From: an uncultured delta proteobacterium
GTDB lineage: Bacteria > Myxococcota_A > Polyangia > Fen-1088
Direction: 5' to 3'
Assembly: GCA_963767925.1 (NCBI GenBank)
Contig: CAVYGB010000002.1
Span: 480,001-544,000 of the forward strand
DNA length: 64,000 nucleotides
Part shown: positions 1-9,382 of the stretch, one piece after another
How the letters are laid out: each line of letters begins with the position of its first letter
Numbering within the stretch: position 1 is the stretch's first letter
Position numbers and translations under genes: made by a program
Notes under the pieces: generated by a model
What the model was told of the DNA's origin: nothing
The model's input: only the letters and a program-made list of their open reading frames with translations
The model's database searches: none

Positions 1-570
1 GCGCCTGCGGTGGCGGGGGCTGCGGCGGCGGGGACGGGGACGGGGACGCATACGGGGACGGGGACGGAAACGGACTCGGGCGGGGGGGAGCCGGAGTACA
101 TCGGAACGATGGCGCCGCTCGAGGCGCCGCAGCCGCGGCGGCGGCGGCGCAAGGGGAAGGTGATCGCCGGGCTTTCGAGCCTGGTCGTGCTGGCGCTTGT
201 CGCGGGAGGGGCGTTGTTGCTGGTAAAAGAGCAGCAGCCGGAGGTGTTCGGGCGGGCGGCTGCCCTCAAGGACCCGGCCGGGCTGGTCCGGGGGCTGATC
301 GCGAAGGCGGGCGGCCCGGCCGCGCCCGCGACGCCGGCCGAGAAGCCCGAAGGCGTCGTGTGGGTGACCTTCAAGGTCGTCCCCGCCCACAGCCGCGTCT
401 ACGTCGACGGAAAGCCCATCCCCTCGAACCCCGCTCCCCTGACCCGGGGCCAGCGCCACAACGTCACCGCCATCGCCGACGGCTACGAGATCGAGCAGAT
501 GGACATCGAAGGCACCTCGGTCGGCACCATCCACCTGCGTCTGGAAAAGAAGAAACCGCGCCGCCGCTGA
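1..570 (+). CDS. 3' part of a membrane-anchored protein with a C-terminal PEGA-like domain (likely begins upstream of the window)
   Basis: GT-repeat linker, TM segment (VIAGLSSLVVLALVAGGALLLV), then PEGA-like VVPAHSRVYVDGK...VTAIADGY; typical of myxobacterial kinase C-termini. Confidence 0.6.
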   Translation, partial: APAVAGAAAAGTGTGTHTGTGTETDSGGGEPEYIGTMAPLEAPQPRRRRRKGKVIAGLSSLVVLALVAGGALLLVKEQQPEVFGRAAALKDPAGLVRGLIAKAGGPAAPATPAEKPEGVVWVTFKVVPAHSRVYVDGKPIPSNPAPLTRGQRHNVTAIADGYEIEQMDIEGTSVGTIHLRLEKKKPRRR

Positions 571-595
571 TCGCGGCCTCGGCTGTCAGCGGCCG

Positions 596-830
596 CTATG
601 GAGTGAGGCGGCCGATCTTGTGGGTGCCCTCTTCGCTGAACCAGAGGGTGCCGTCGGGAGTGGCGGTGATGCCGACGGGGCGGGAGGCGGGGGTCGGGAG
701 GGGGAACTCGATGATCGCGTCGGTGGGGGTGATGCGGCCGATCTCGTTGCCGGCGTGTTCGGTGAACCAGATGTTGCCGTCGGGGGCGCCGGTGATGCCG
801 TAGGGGCGAGAGTCGGGGGTGAGGAGTGAG
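596..830 (-). pseudogene. Virginiamycin B lyase (Vgb)-like beta-propeller fragment, about 2 blades
   Basis: Two repeats, [16 protein letters not shown] and [16 protein letters not shown]; upstream sequence is not propeller-like, so the gene is 5'-truncated. Confidence 0.6.
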
Positions 831-980
831 CGGGGGCGAACGCCAGGTCTCGGGGCTCCGGGTGGAGGAGGTGCGAGGGATTGGCGGCGTGACACAGGAG
901 ATGACAGACGGGTGGCGGTGGGGCCTGTCACGAGGGGTGACAGCCGCGGAAGAGACCTCGCCACAGCATCGAACGGCTGG

Positions 981-1165
981 CCGGAGACCCCTCACCCCTT
1001 CCCTCTCCCCGCTGCCGCGGGGCGAGGGCGAACAGGTCAGGGAAAGCGGAGATCTCGGCGCGTCCACGCCATATGTGCCCGCTGGGATGACGATCGGGGC
1101 ACCGGGCCGGTTGTTCGCCCTCGCCCCGCGGCAGCACGGAGAGGGAGGGGTGAGGGGTCCTCCGG
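981..1165. repeat. Palindromic REPIN/MITE-like element, family 1, full copy
   Basis: ~50-bp inverted arms CCCCTCACCCCTTCCCTCTCCCCGCTGCCGCGGGGCGAGGGCGAAC ... GTTCGCCCTCGCCCCGCGGCAG..GAGAGGGAGGGGTGAGGGG around a ~78-bp core. Confidence 0.85.
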
Positions 1166-1191
1166 CGTCGCGGTTCGAACTGTTCGGCGCG

Positions 1192-2282
1192 CTAGGCCAG
1201 GACGTCCTGGACGAGGGTCTGCAGATTCGACTGCAGGAAGGTGTACGTCTCCTCGTAGGCGAGCTGGCGATCGGCGGGGGGACGGCGGAGGGGTCGCGGA
1301 CGCTCCAGTCGAGGCAGACGGCTTTGGTGGGCTGCGCGGGGAACACCCGCTGCGCCTCCTCGGCCAGGGCCACGATGATCTGGTACCGGCTCAGCGAGGG
1401 GATCTGATCCAGGGCCTTGGAGGTGTGGCGAGAGATGTCGAGGCCCCGGCCGCGCAGGAAGGCGATGGTGTCGTCGTCGACCGAGCGGCGGTCGAGGCCG
1501 GCGCTGTCGAACACGAACTCGGGCGCGCCCAGGGAGCGGCCGATGGCCTCGGCCATCTGGCCCCGGCAGGAGTTGTGCTCGTCGACGAAGAGCAGGCGGT
1601 AGCTGTCGCTGCCCAGGTGCTTGAGGTACTCCCCCTTGCACATGTAGACCACCTCGTGGCAGATGTTGCGCGCTTGATCGCCGACCCGCTCGAAGCGGTT
1701 GGCGATGGTCAGCAGCGGCGACAGCGCCTCCAGCGGGAGCTGCTTTTGCTGCTGCAGGTCCACCAGGTCCGCGTTGAGCTGGAAGCGCAGGCGATCGATG
1801 TGGTCCTCGACGCGGGCGGCGCTCTCCGCCAGGGCGGCGTCCTGGTTGAAGAACGCCTCGAGCGCGGCGTGGAGCATCGGGATGGCGTGGCCCGCCAGCT
1901 CGGCGAAACGCGCCCCCGGAAGGTCGAACTGCAGCCCGTTGAGGCGCACCACCTGGCGGGCGATGCTCTCGGCGTAATCTCCCGTCCGCTCGAGCTCGCT
2001 GTTGAGCTTGATGGCGGCGTAGATGAAGCGCAGGGGGTCGGCCACCGGCTGGTGGCGCACGATGAACTCCAGGCAGAGGCGGTCGATCTCCCGCTCGAGG
2101 GTGTCGACCCCGTGATCCCGCAGGATCACGGCGCAGGCGAGCTGGCGGTTGCGGCTGGCGAGCGCCTCGAGGGCCGCCTTCAGGGCCGCTTCGGTGAGGA
2201 CGCCCATCTCGCGTACCTTCGCCCGGATCCGCGTCATGTCGCGCTGGAGTATTTGCTCGTAGTGGGTCAAGTCGACCTCCAT
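1192..2282 (-). CDS. phoU: PhoU fused to a C-terminal LMW-PTP/ArsC-like domain (one apparent frameshift near 1275)
   Basis: PhoU motifs QPVADPLR, ELERTGDYAESIA and FERVGDQARNIC, then LLFVDEHNSCRGQMAEA...DSAG...GLDISRHTSK...DWSVRDP; the last helix continues in another frame to the stop at 1192. Confidence 0.85.
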
Positions 2283-2474
2283 GGCAGCGCGCGTGGCGCC
2301 GAGCGAAAGACTCAGGAAAGGCTCAGGACTACTTGGAGATAGCTGTTCAGAATGTCACGGGGAGCCGTTCGACGCCAGCCCCTTTGGCGGGCGCTGCTCC
2401 GGGGGATCCCCGGGATCCCAATCTCGACAGCGGATCGGTCGCTGGAACGTGAGCTTCCCGAACTCGTGACAGCC

Positions 2475-2503
2475 TTGACACGATCTGTGAACTCCGCGAT
2501 ACA
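2475..2503 (+). promoter_or_regulatory. Possible sigma70-type promoter for the DUF47 gene
   Basis: Perfect TTGACA at 2475-2480; weak -10 (GATACA) 17 bp downstream, just ahead of ATG 2512. Confidence 0.3.
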
Positions 2504-2511
2504 GCCCCCCG

Positions 2512-3132
2512 ATGCGCTTTCTGCCGCGGGAGACTTCGTTCTTCGACTACTTCGAGCAGCAGGGGCAAAAGACGGTGGAGGGCTGTCGCGCCTTCGTCGC
2601 CCTGCTCGAAGATCCCGGCGACGTCGTCGCCAGGGCGAAGCAGATCAAGGCGATCGAGGAGGAGTGCGATTCGATCACCCACCGGGTTGTCGAGAGCCTG
2701 CACCGGGTGTTCATCACCCCCCTCGACCGCAACGACATCTACCGCCTCATCACCAAGATGGACGACATCATGGACCACGTCGAGGCGGCCGCCGAGCGGA
2801 TGGCGCTCTACGAGATCCGCACCACCACCAAGGAGGCCGGTGACCTGGCCCGCGTGCTGGTGGCGAGCAGCGAGCGGGTGCTCGAGGCCATCTCGGGCCT
2901 GCGCAACCTGAAGAACCCCCAGGTCATCCTCGAGAAGTGCGTGGAGATCAACCGCCTGGAGAACGAGGCGGACGCCCTGCTGCGGGGGACGCTGGCCAAG
3001 CTGTTCAAGGAAGAGAAGGACGCCGTCACCATCATCAAGTGGAAAGAGATCTACGAGCTGCTGGAGACGGCCACCGACCGCTGCGAGGACGTCGCCAACA
3101 TCATCGAAGGTGTCGTCCTCGAGCACTCCTGA
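2512..3132 (+). CDS. DUF47 family phosphate transport regulator (PhoU-like, PiT accessory)
   Basis: 206 aa with FITPLDRNDI, LENEAD and IKWKEIYELLETATDRCEDVANIIEGV. Confidence 0.92.
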   Translation: MRFLPRETSFFDYFEQQGQKTVEGCRAFVALLEDPGDVVARAKQIKAIEEECDSITHRVVESLHRVFITPLDRNDIYRLITKMDDIMDHVEAAAERMALYEIRTTTKEAGDLARVLVASSERVLEAISGLRNLKNPQVILEKCVEINRLENEADALLRGTLAKLFKEEKDAVTIIKWKEIYELLETATDRCEDVANIIEGVVLEHS

Positions 3133-3246
3133 GAGGCTGCGCGCTCGGCAGGTAACCCGCGCGCTGACGGGGCCAACCCCCGGGATCGGGGGAGGCCTGC
3201 GTTGTGGGGCGTCGGTGGCGGCCGCACAGAGGAGGGGAGGGCAATC

Positions 3247-4155
3247 ATGCGGAAGGTTCTTTGTGCGACCGATCTGAGTGAAGCGGCGGACGAGGCGCTC
3301 CGTCAGGCCGACCGGTACTGCGCCGGTGAACCGCGGGCCGAGCTGGAGGTGCTGTTCGTCGAGCCCCCGCTCGCCGGGGTGGCCTTCGCCGGCTCCGGCC
3401 TGCCGGCGCTGTCACCGGCGGAGATGGAGGCGGCCCGCAACCACGCCCGTGAGGCCCTGCGCAAGCAGGTCGCGCGGGTGAAGGTGACCTGCGGGCAGGT
3501 GCGGCTCGAGACCGCGCCGGCCGCCGGGCCGGTCTACGCCGAGATCGTGCGCCGGGCCGAGGAGGGCGGGTACGAGCTGGTGGTGGTCGGTGGCCACGGG
3601 GCCAGCGGCCTGGCCCGCGTGCTGCTGGGGTCGGTGGCGGACAAGGTCGTCCGCTTCGCCCACAGCCCGGTCCTGGTGGCGCGCAAGCCGGCGGCAAGCG
3701 GAGGGGTGATCGTGGGCAGCGACCTGTCGGCGGGGTCGAAGCTGGCGCTGACGACCGCGGCCCGCGAGGCGGCCCGCCGCAAGGCCCGCCTCACCGTCAT
3801 CCACTGCCTGGGCTACCCGCCCGAGCTGATGGGCTTCGGCTTCGCGCCGCTGGTGCCGGCCCCGCCGCCCCTGCCCGCCTCGCGGGCGACCCAGGTGCAG
3901 GCCGCGCGCGAGCGCCTCGAGCGCGAGCTGGCCGAGGCGAACATCGAGGCCAAGGTCGTGGTGGACGAGGGGGAGCCGGCCGCCAGCATCGTGCGGCTGG
4001 CCGAGACCGAGCCCACCGAGCTGGTGGTCGTGGGCGCCTCGGGCAAGACCGCCCTGGCCCGCATGCTCCTCGGCAGCGTCGCCGCCGCCGTCACCCACCG
4101 CGCCCCCTGCCCGGTCCTGGTGGCCCGCCCCACCCCCACTTCGGGCCGGAGCTGA
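3247..4155 (+). CDS. Universal stress protein, tandem USP domains
   Basis: VLCATDLS; two GxxG...LLGSVA..V...A..PVLV motifs; GAGG RBS upstream. Confidence 0.92.
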   Translation: MRKVLCATDLSEAADEALRQADRYCAGEPRAELEVLFVEPPLAGVAFAGSGLPALSPAEMEAARNHAREALRKQVARVKVTCGQVRLETAPAAGPVYAEIVRRAEEGGYELVVVGGHGASGLARVLLGSVADKVVRFAHSPVLVARKPAASGGVIVGSDLSAGSKLALTTAAREAARRKARLTVIHCLGYPPELMGFGFAPLVPAPPPLPASRATQVQAARERLERELAEANIEAKVVVDEGEPAASIVRLAETEPTELVVVGASGKTALARMLLGSVAAAVTHRAPCPVLVARPTPTSGRS

Positions 4156-4179
4156 ACCCAACCTGCCGCACGCTTGCCC

Positions 4180-4241
4180 GAAGATCGGGGCACCTGGCTG
4201 CTTGTTCGCCCTCGCCCCGCGGCAGCGGGGAGAGGGAGGGG
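4180..4241. repeat. Family 1 palindromic element, partial copy (one arm plus part of core)
   Basis: GATCGGGGCACC...TTGTTCGCCCTCGCCCCGCGGCAGCGGGGAGAGGGAGGGG matches the copy at 981-1165. Confidence 0.8.
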
Positions 4242-4904
4242 AAAAAAGCGGGTCGCCTCCCCCAGCAGGAAGCGCTTGGCCGCCCAGAGCGGCCGGTAGC
4301 CACCGGCGTTGCCCGGGTTGTCCCCGGTGCCGGCGTAGGAGACCGCCCCCCGCAGCAGCGCGGTCATCGCCCCCGGCAGGGCCCGCCCGCCCACCATCAG
4401 GCCGTGGTCCCGCCGGCGATCGTGCGAGCCGGGGATCACGCGCAGGCAGCTCGCGTGGGCCGGGACGTCGGTGAGGGCCAGCCAGCAGGAGATCAGCGCC
4501 GGCGGCTCCACGTCCCAGTAGGCCGAGTCCTGGTGGTAGGAGAAGCGGGCCTGCGATCCGGGCGGCTTGAGGATGAGGACGTCCCGGAACAGCCGGGCCG
4601 GCTCGCCCATCAACAGCTCGACAACGTCGACAAGGCTGTCCCGGCTGGCCAGCTCGGCGAACAGCGGGTCGGTCTCGGTGAGCTGGTTGATCTTCATGAG
4701 CTCGGTCGCCCCGTCCCGGTCGTACTGGGCCTGCACCTGCCCGCGCGCGACCTGGGCGCTGCCGCGACCGCGGGCGATGGCCTCCGCCCGCACCCGCAAC
4801 GTGCTGAGGTCGGCGTCGCCCAGCACCCCGCGCCGGATCAGGTAGCCGTCGCGCAGGAAGGTGGCGCGGAGGTCGTGCGGCGGGCTCGGCTCGGCGGCTG
4901 CCAT
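4242..4904 (-). pseudogene. Phytanoyl-CoA dioxygenase (PhyH) family Fe/2OG enzyme, 3'-truncated at the repeat
   Basis: FLRDGYLI, KPP...YHQDSAYW, WLALTDV and CLRVIPGSH; the frame runs into the repeat before the distal His motif. Confidence 0.7.
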
Positions 4905-4981
4905 GGCAGCAAACCTACCGCCAGCGGCTGAGCGGCGAAAGCGGCTTTCCGCGCCCGACCGGCACGAGCAGGCGCACACCC

Positions 4982-5731
4982 GTGGTAGGGTCCGGCCGCT
5001 TGCAGGACGGACCCTCGAGTCAGGCCCCCGGCGAACGGGACGGGATCGACTACTTCGGGCGCGGGTCCGTCCTCACCAGCCTGCAGGAGCGCTTCAGCCT
5101 GGTCGCCCGCCGGAGCATGTACCGGCTGTGGCTGGCCTACGCCGGCGACGTGAAGGGGCAGACCGTCCTCGACGTGGGCAGCACCCCCGACCGGGAGCGG
5201 CGCGACTCGAACTGCATGTTGCCCTGGTTCCAGGCCAGCGGCGTCCGGCTGTCGCTGTATTCCCCCGAGGACATCCGGGGCATCGGCGACCTCTTCCCCT
5301 ACGCCACCATCCTCCCCTCCGCCGGCTTCGGCGCCCCCCTGCCCGTCCCCGAGCGCAGCTTCGACTGGACCGTCTCCTCGGCCGTGCTGGAGCACGTGGG
5401 CGGCGTCGAGGCCCAGGTCGCCTTCATCGCCGACTGCGCCCGCACCGCCCGCGGCCTCTTCCTCACCACCCCCAACCGCTGGCACTGGCTCGAGTTCCAC
5501 ACCAAGCTCCCGCTGCTGCACTGGCTCCCCCGCCCCACCCACCGCGCCACCCTGCGCGCCCTGGGCCGCACCACCTGGTCCCAGGAGAGCCACCTCCGCC
5601 TGGTAGGCGCGACCGAGCTCACCGCGCTGGCCCGGCAGGCGCTGGGCGACGCCTTCACCTTCGAGCTGCGCCACGTATGGTCCCTCGGCATGCCCAGCAA
5701 CCTGGTCTTGCTGGCCCGCCGCCGCGCCTGA
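4982..5731 (+). CDS. Class I SAM-dependent methyltransferase
   Basis: VLDVGS, LPVPERSFDWTVSSAVLEHVG and TTPNRWHWLEFHTKLPLLHWLP; start uncertain. Confidence 0.85.
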   Translation: MVGSGRLQDGPSSQAPGERDGIDYFGRGSVLTSLQERFSLVARRSMYRLWLAYAGDVKGQTVLDVGSTPDRERRDSNCMLPWFQASGVRLSLYSPEDIRGIGDLFPYATILPSAGFGAPLPVPERSFDWTVSSAVLEHVGGVEAQVAFIADCARTARGLFLTTPNRWHWLEFHTKLPLLHWLPRPTHRATLRALGRTTWSQESHLRLVGATELTALARQALGDAFTFELRHVWSLGMPSNLVLLARRRA

Positions 5732-5808
5732 GGCGCAGGCGGCAGCCCGACAGACGGGCGTCGGCATGGAAAGCGCGCCCGGGCGTGGAATCCACCGCCG
5801 AGGTTGTG

Positions 5809-7068
5809 TCAGCGATGTGGTTCCGAGCGTGAGCGGGGACCACGTCTGTCCGCGACGGCGATCTGGGCGGTGTCGCGGTTCAAGATATCGAGATACTCCT
5901 TGTAAACGTAAAGGCGATTGCGCGGCTTCCCGGTTACCTCCTGTGCAATTCCCAGTCGCTCGAGATCATCAAGCGCTCGGGCGACCGTTGGCTTGGTCGT
6001 GCCGCACGAGACTGCCGTCTCCGGCACCCGGATCGCGATCCGGCCCCGTAGATGGTCGAAGACGGCCAGGTTCGTGTGGAGCGCAACCTTCTGGTAGATG
6101 GAGCCACTGCGGGAGCTCTCCACCTTTTTTCTGTCACGCTGGAACAGACCGAGAAGCTCCCGAATCTTCGCCACCGCCTCGTCTGCGACGGCGGCGATGC
6201 CCTCGAGATAGAAGTGTAGCCACTCCTCCCAGGCACCGTCGGTGCGAACCTTCTGAAGGAGATCGTAGTACCTGGTTCGGTGCCGTTTGAAGTGAAGGCT
6301 CACGTACAGCCATGGACGATCAAGAACGCCTTGTTCGACGAGTATCAGCGGAATCAGCATCCTGCCCACGCGTCCGTTCCCGTCGAGGAAGGGGTGAATC
6401 GTCTCGAACTGAACGTGAACGAGCCCAGCCTTCAGAAGGGTAGGAATACCGTCCAGGTGCATGAATTTCTCGAGTGCCCCCAATGCCGGCATGACCTCAC
6501 TGGGCGGCGGCGGAACAAAGACGGCGTTGCCGGGCATGCTCCCGCCGATCCAATTCTGCGATCGCCTGAACTCACCTGGGGTCTTCTTTTCGCCGCGCGT
6601 TCCTCGAACGAGAACCTTGTGCACCTCGCGAATCAGGCGGAGGCTCAGCGGGAGGGTGCGAAGCAGATCGAGCCCGTGGTTGAGGGCACCGATGTAATTC
6701 GAGACCTCTTGCACGTCCTCAATCGGTACGCCTGGAGCCACGCTGTTTTCGTGAAGCAGGAGATCGGTCAGCGAGGACTGGGTGCCCTCGATCTGACTGG
6801 AAAGGATCGCCTCCTTACGAACGTAGCTATAGAGAAGCTCCTCCGGACCAGGCAGCAGGCGGCCGATACCGTCCAGACGGCCCACAGCGAGGCCCGCCGA
6901 CTCGAGCTTTCGTTGAAGGTGAACATCGATCTCCAGAGGCGGATCTGGCGGAAGTGCCCTCGGAACGAATGCGCGATACATCGCGTGGCCGGTGCCCTGG
7001 GAGACCCAGGTGCCGGAGCGCCCCTCATTCCTTCGCGCCGCCTTGGTAAAGGATGGCGACCTAGCCAC
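5809..7068 (-). CDS. Fic family protein (Fic_N + Fic + C-terminal HTH)
   Basis: Canonical HPFLDGNGRVGR, N-terminal SSQIEGT inhibitory motif, PGEFRRSQNWIG; visibly lower GC than its flanks. Confidence 0.93.
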   Translation of the reverse strand: MARSPSFTKAARRNEGRSGTWVSQGTGHAMYRAFVPRALPPDPPLEIDVHLQRKLESAGLAVGRLDGIGRLLPGPEELLYSYVRKEAILSSQIEGTQSSLTDLLLHENSVAPGVPIEDVQEVSNYIGALNHGLDLLRTLPLSLRLIREVHKVLVRGTRGEKKTPGEFRRSQNWIGGSMPGNAVFVPPPPSEVMPALGALEKFMHLDGIPTLLKAGLVHVQFETIHPFLDGNGRVGRMLIPLILVEQGVLDRPWLYVSLHFKRHRTRYYDLLQKVRTDGAWEEWLHFYLEGIAAVADEAVAKIRELLGLFQRDRKKVESSRSGSIYQKVALHTNLAVFDHLRGRIAIRVPETAVSCGTTKPTVARALDDLERLGIAQEVTGKPRNRLYVYKEYLDILNRDTAQIAVADRRGPRSRSEPHR

Positions 7069-7074
7069 GAACGT

Positions 7075-7104
7075 TAGTAAAGCATAAGGCAGCTGGCTTT
7101 ACTA
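7075..7104. promoter_or_regulatory. Candidate operator upstream of the Fic gene
   Basis: Perfect inverted repeat TAGTAAAGC-N12-GCTTTACTA, 6 bp from the start codon. Confidence 0.5.
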
Positions 7105-7181
7105 GAAAGCGGCGTCTGATCTCTCGCGCTTGCTTGCAGCAGCTCGATGAACCACGTCTCGGGCGGCCGGGCCCGCGGGGG

Positions 7182-8369
7182 TCAGCGGCGGCGGCGGAGG
7201 CCGATGAAGCTGAGGAGGAAGCTGAAGAGGATGATCTGCATGCCGAGGCAGATGGCGGTGACGCCGGGGATGGCCCGGCGCAGGTTGGTCTGCACGTCGA
7301 GGGCGCCGAAGCCGACGCCGTACCACTGGTAGAGGGTGTAGGCGATGGCGCCCACCCCCAGGAGCAGCAGGAGCACGCCGACAAGGAGGCCGGTCTCGAG
7401 CTTGAAGAACTGGAAGGCGCGCTCGAGGGTGGGATCAGCGGGCAGCAGGCCCTCTTGCAGGGCGTAGATGCGGGCGCAGAAGGCGAACAGGATGGCCTGG
7501 AAGCCGAGCTGCACGCAGGCGAAGGCGACGAGCAGGGTGTGCACGTCGAGCACGACGGTCTCGGTCAGCGGGTAGGGCCCCGGCAGCAGCAGGGCGCCGA
7601 GGCCGGCCCCCACCAGCGCCAGCAGGATCCCCGGGTAGAGGAACAGCCAGCGCGGGCTGTAGAGCAGCATGAAGCGCAGGTGGCGCCAGCCGTCGCGCCA
7701 GGGGCGCAGGTGGGGCGGCCGGCTGCGGCCGTCCTTGTCGAGGGTGGTCGGCACCTCGACGATGTTCATGCGCAGCAAGGTGGCCTTGATGACCATCTCC
7801 GACGCGTACTCCATGCCGGTGGTCTGGAGCTGCATGCGCCCGAAGGCCGCGCGGGAGTAGCCCCGCATGCCGCAGTGAAAGTCGTCGACCGGCGATTTGA
7901 AGAAGACCTTGCCGATGGTCGAGAGCACCGGGTTGCCGAGGTAGCGGTTCTTCCAGGGCATGGCCCCCGGCCGGATGCCCCCCCGGAAGCGGTTGCCCAT
8001 CACCAGGTCGCAGCCCTTGCGCAGCTCCTCGACGAAGGGATCGATGCGCGAAAAATCGTAGCTGTCGTCGGCGTCCCCCATGATCACGTAGCGCCCGCGC
8101 GCGCCGAGGGTGCCGTAGTAGAGGGCCGCCCCGTAGCCCCGCACGGGGACGTCGACGACCCGCGCCCCCTCGGCCACCGCGATGGCCTGCGAGCCGTCGG
8201 TCGAGCCGTTGTCGGCCACCACCACCTCCGCCTGCAGCTGCAGCCGGGCGATCGCCGCGCGGGCCTTGCGGATACAGCGGGCCAGCGTCTCCGCCTCGTT
8301 GAGGCAGGGCATCAGGATCGTGAGCTCGAGGGTGGGCTCCACCGTCGCGGAGCCGGCAGCGTCGGTCAT
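7182..8369 (-). CDS. GT2 glycosyltransferase, polyprenol-phosphate sugar synthase-like, with C-terminal TM helices
   Basis: ILMPCLNEAE, ADNGSTDGS, GDADDSYD, DFHCGMRG and RPWRDGWRHLRF. Confidence 0.92.
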   Translation of the reverse strand: MTDAAGSATVEPTLELTILMPCLNEAETLARCIRKARAAIARLQLQAEVVVADNGSTDGSQAIAVAEGARVVDVPVRGYGAALYYGTLGARGRYVIMGDADDSYDFSRIDPFVEELRKGCDLVMGNRFRGGIRPGAMPWKNRYLGNPVLSTIGKVFFKSPVDDFHCGMRGYSRAAFGRMQLQTTGMEYASEMVIKATLLRMNIVEVPTTLDKDGRSRPPHLRPWRDGWRHLRFMLLYSPRWLFLYPGILLALVGAGLGALLLPGPYPLTETVVLDVHTLLVAFACVQLGFQAILFAFCARIYALQEGLLPADPTLERAFQFFKLETGLLVGVLLLLLGVGAIAYTLYQWYGVGFGALDVQTNLRRAIPGVTAICLGMQIILFSFLLSFIGLRRRR

Positions 8370-8479
8370 GCGCAGTGCTAACACGGAGCCACCCTCGACA
8401 TCGAGAAGGCGGACGCCCCCCCGCCTGGGTTCGCGTCATTTAATCCATCTGCACTGCTCACGCCGGCTACCGCGGCCTG

Positions 8480-8772
8480 GGCTCGAGGAATTCGAGAGCC
8501 ACGTCTCGACGCCCGCTGGCGGCCAGCCGCCGCGGCGGGATTGCGGGATCGATGATCCTGGTCGGGGCGGACGTGAGTGTGACGCCATCTACTCGCAGAT
8601 GGGCCGTGCCCGGAAGCTGGCGATCGCCGGCTATGCGGTTGGCGGCGCTTTGGCTGCGGGCGCTGTGACGCTGTTCGTGATCTCGGCGGGCGATCGCCCG
8701 GCTCGCCCGGTTGCCCTGGCCTGTGGGATCACGCTGACCAGCGTCGGGGGTCGATGCCGGGTGACGTTCTAG
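8480..8772 (+). pseudogene. C-terminal fragment of a myxobacterial-type membrane protein
   Basis: C..IY..G.....LAIAGYAVGGALAAGAVTLFV...C..TF ending; no credible start. Confidence 0.35.
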
Positions 8773-9256
8773 CGTTCTGGTTAGAAGCCCGCGACCTCAG
8801 GTTCTCCATCGCGACGGTGAAGGCGTACACCCTGCCCGCCGTCACCGGGAACGGATTCCGCTGCCGCGCGGTTACCACCTCGCCAGGCGACGGTACGAGC
8901 TGCAGCCCAGGCTCCTGCCCGGGGCCCTGAGAAACCACGCTGGCGGCCTCAGGGTGGCTGATCTCCCAGGTCTCCAGGGTCGAGAAGTCCGGCTCCGAGA
9001 CGGTCGGCTGGGCAGGATCGAAAACGCTACCTTCACGGATCTCGAAGCCAGCAGAGGACATCTCACCCATCGATGCCGTGAAACGAGCGGGGATCAGCAT
9101 GAGCCCCGTGGTAGCCGGCTCCGACGCGAAGGTGAGCGCTCTCCATCGCGCTGGTAGTCGCACGTCATGGCCCCGGACGTATGCGTGATTCCGGCATCCT
9201 CGCCCGCGATCCGAACCCTTCCGTCGGGAGCCACTTTCGCGTCTTCGAACCGACAC
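8729..9256 (-). CDS. Hypothetical protein or fragment in a lower-GC patch
   Basis: Central part has protein-like composition; both ends uncertain. Confidence 0.3.
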   Translation of the reverse strand: MSVRRRESGSRRKGSDRGRGCRNHAYVRGHDVRLPARWRALTFASEPATTGLMLIPARFTASMGEMSSAGFEIREGSVFDPAQPTVSEPDFSTLETWEISHPEAASVVSQGPGQEPGLQLVPSPGEVVTARQRNPFPVTAGRVYAFTVAMENLRSRASNQNARTSPGIDPRRWSA

Positions 9257-9382
9257 CGTTGCAGGTCCTGGCCAACGTGAACGATTTCCGTCGCCGCCGA
9301 GCCCGAGCGCAGCGAGCGTACCCGGCCGTCACTCCGCAACTGTTCCCTGGCCCGCGCGGCGGGCTCGGCCAGCGCGGCTGGA

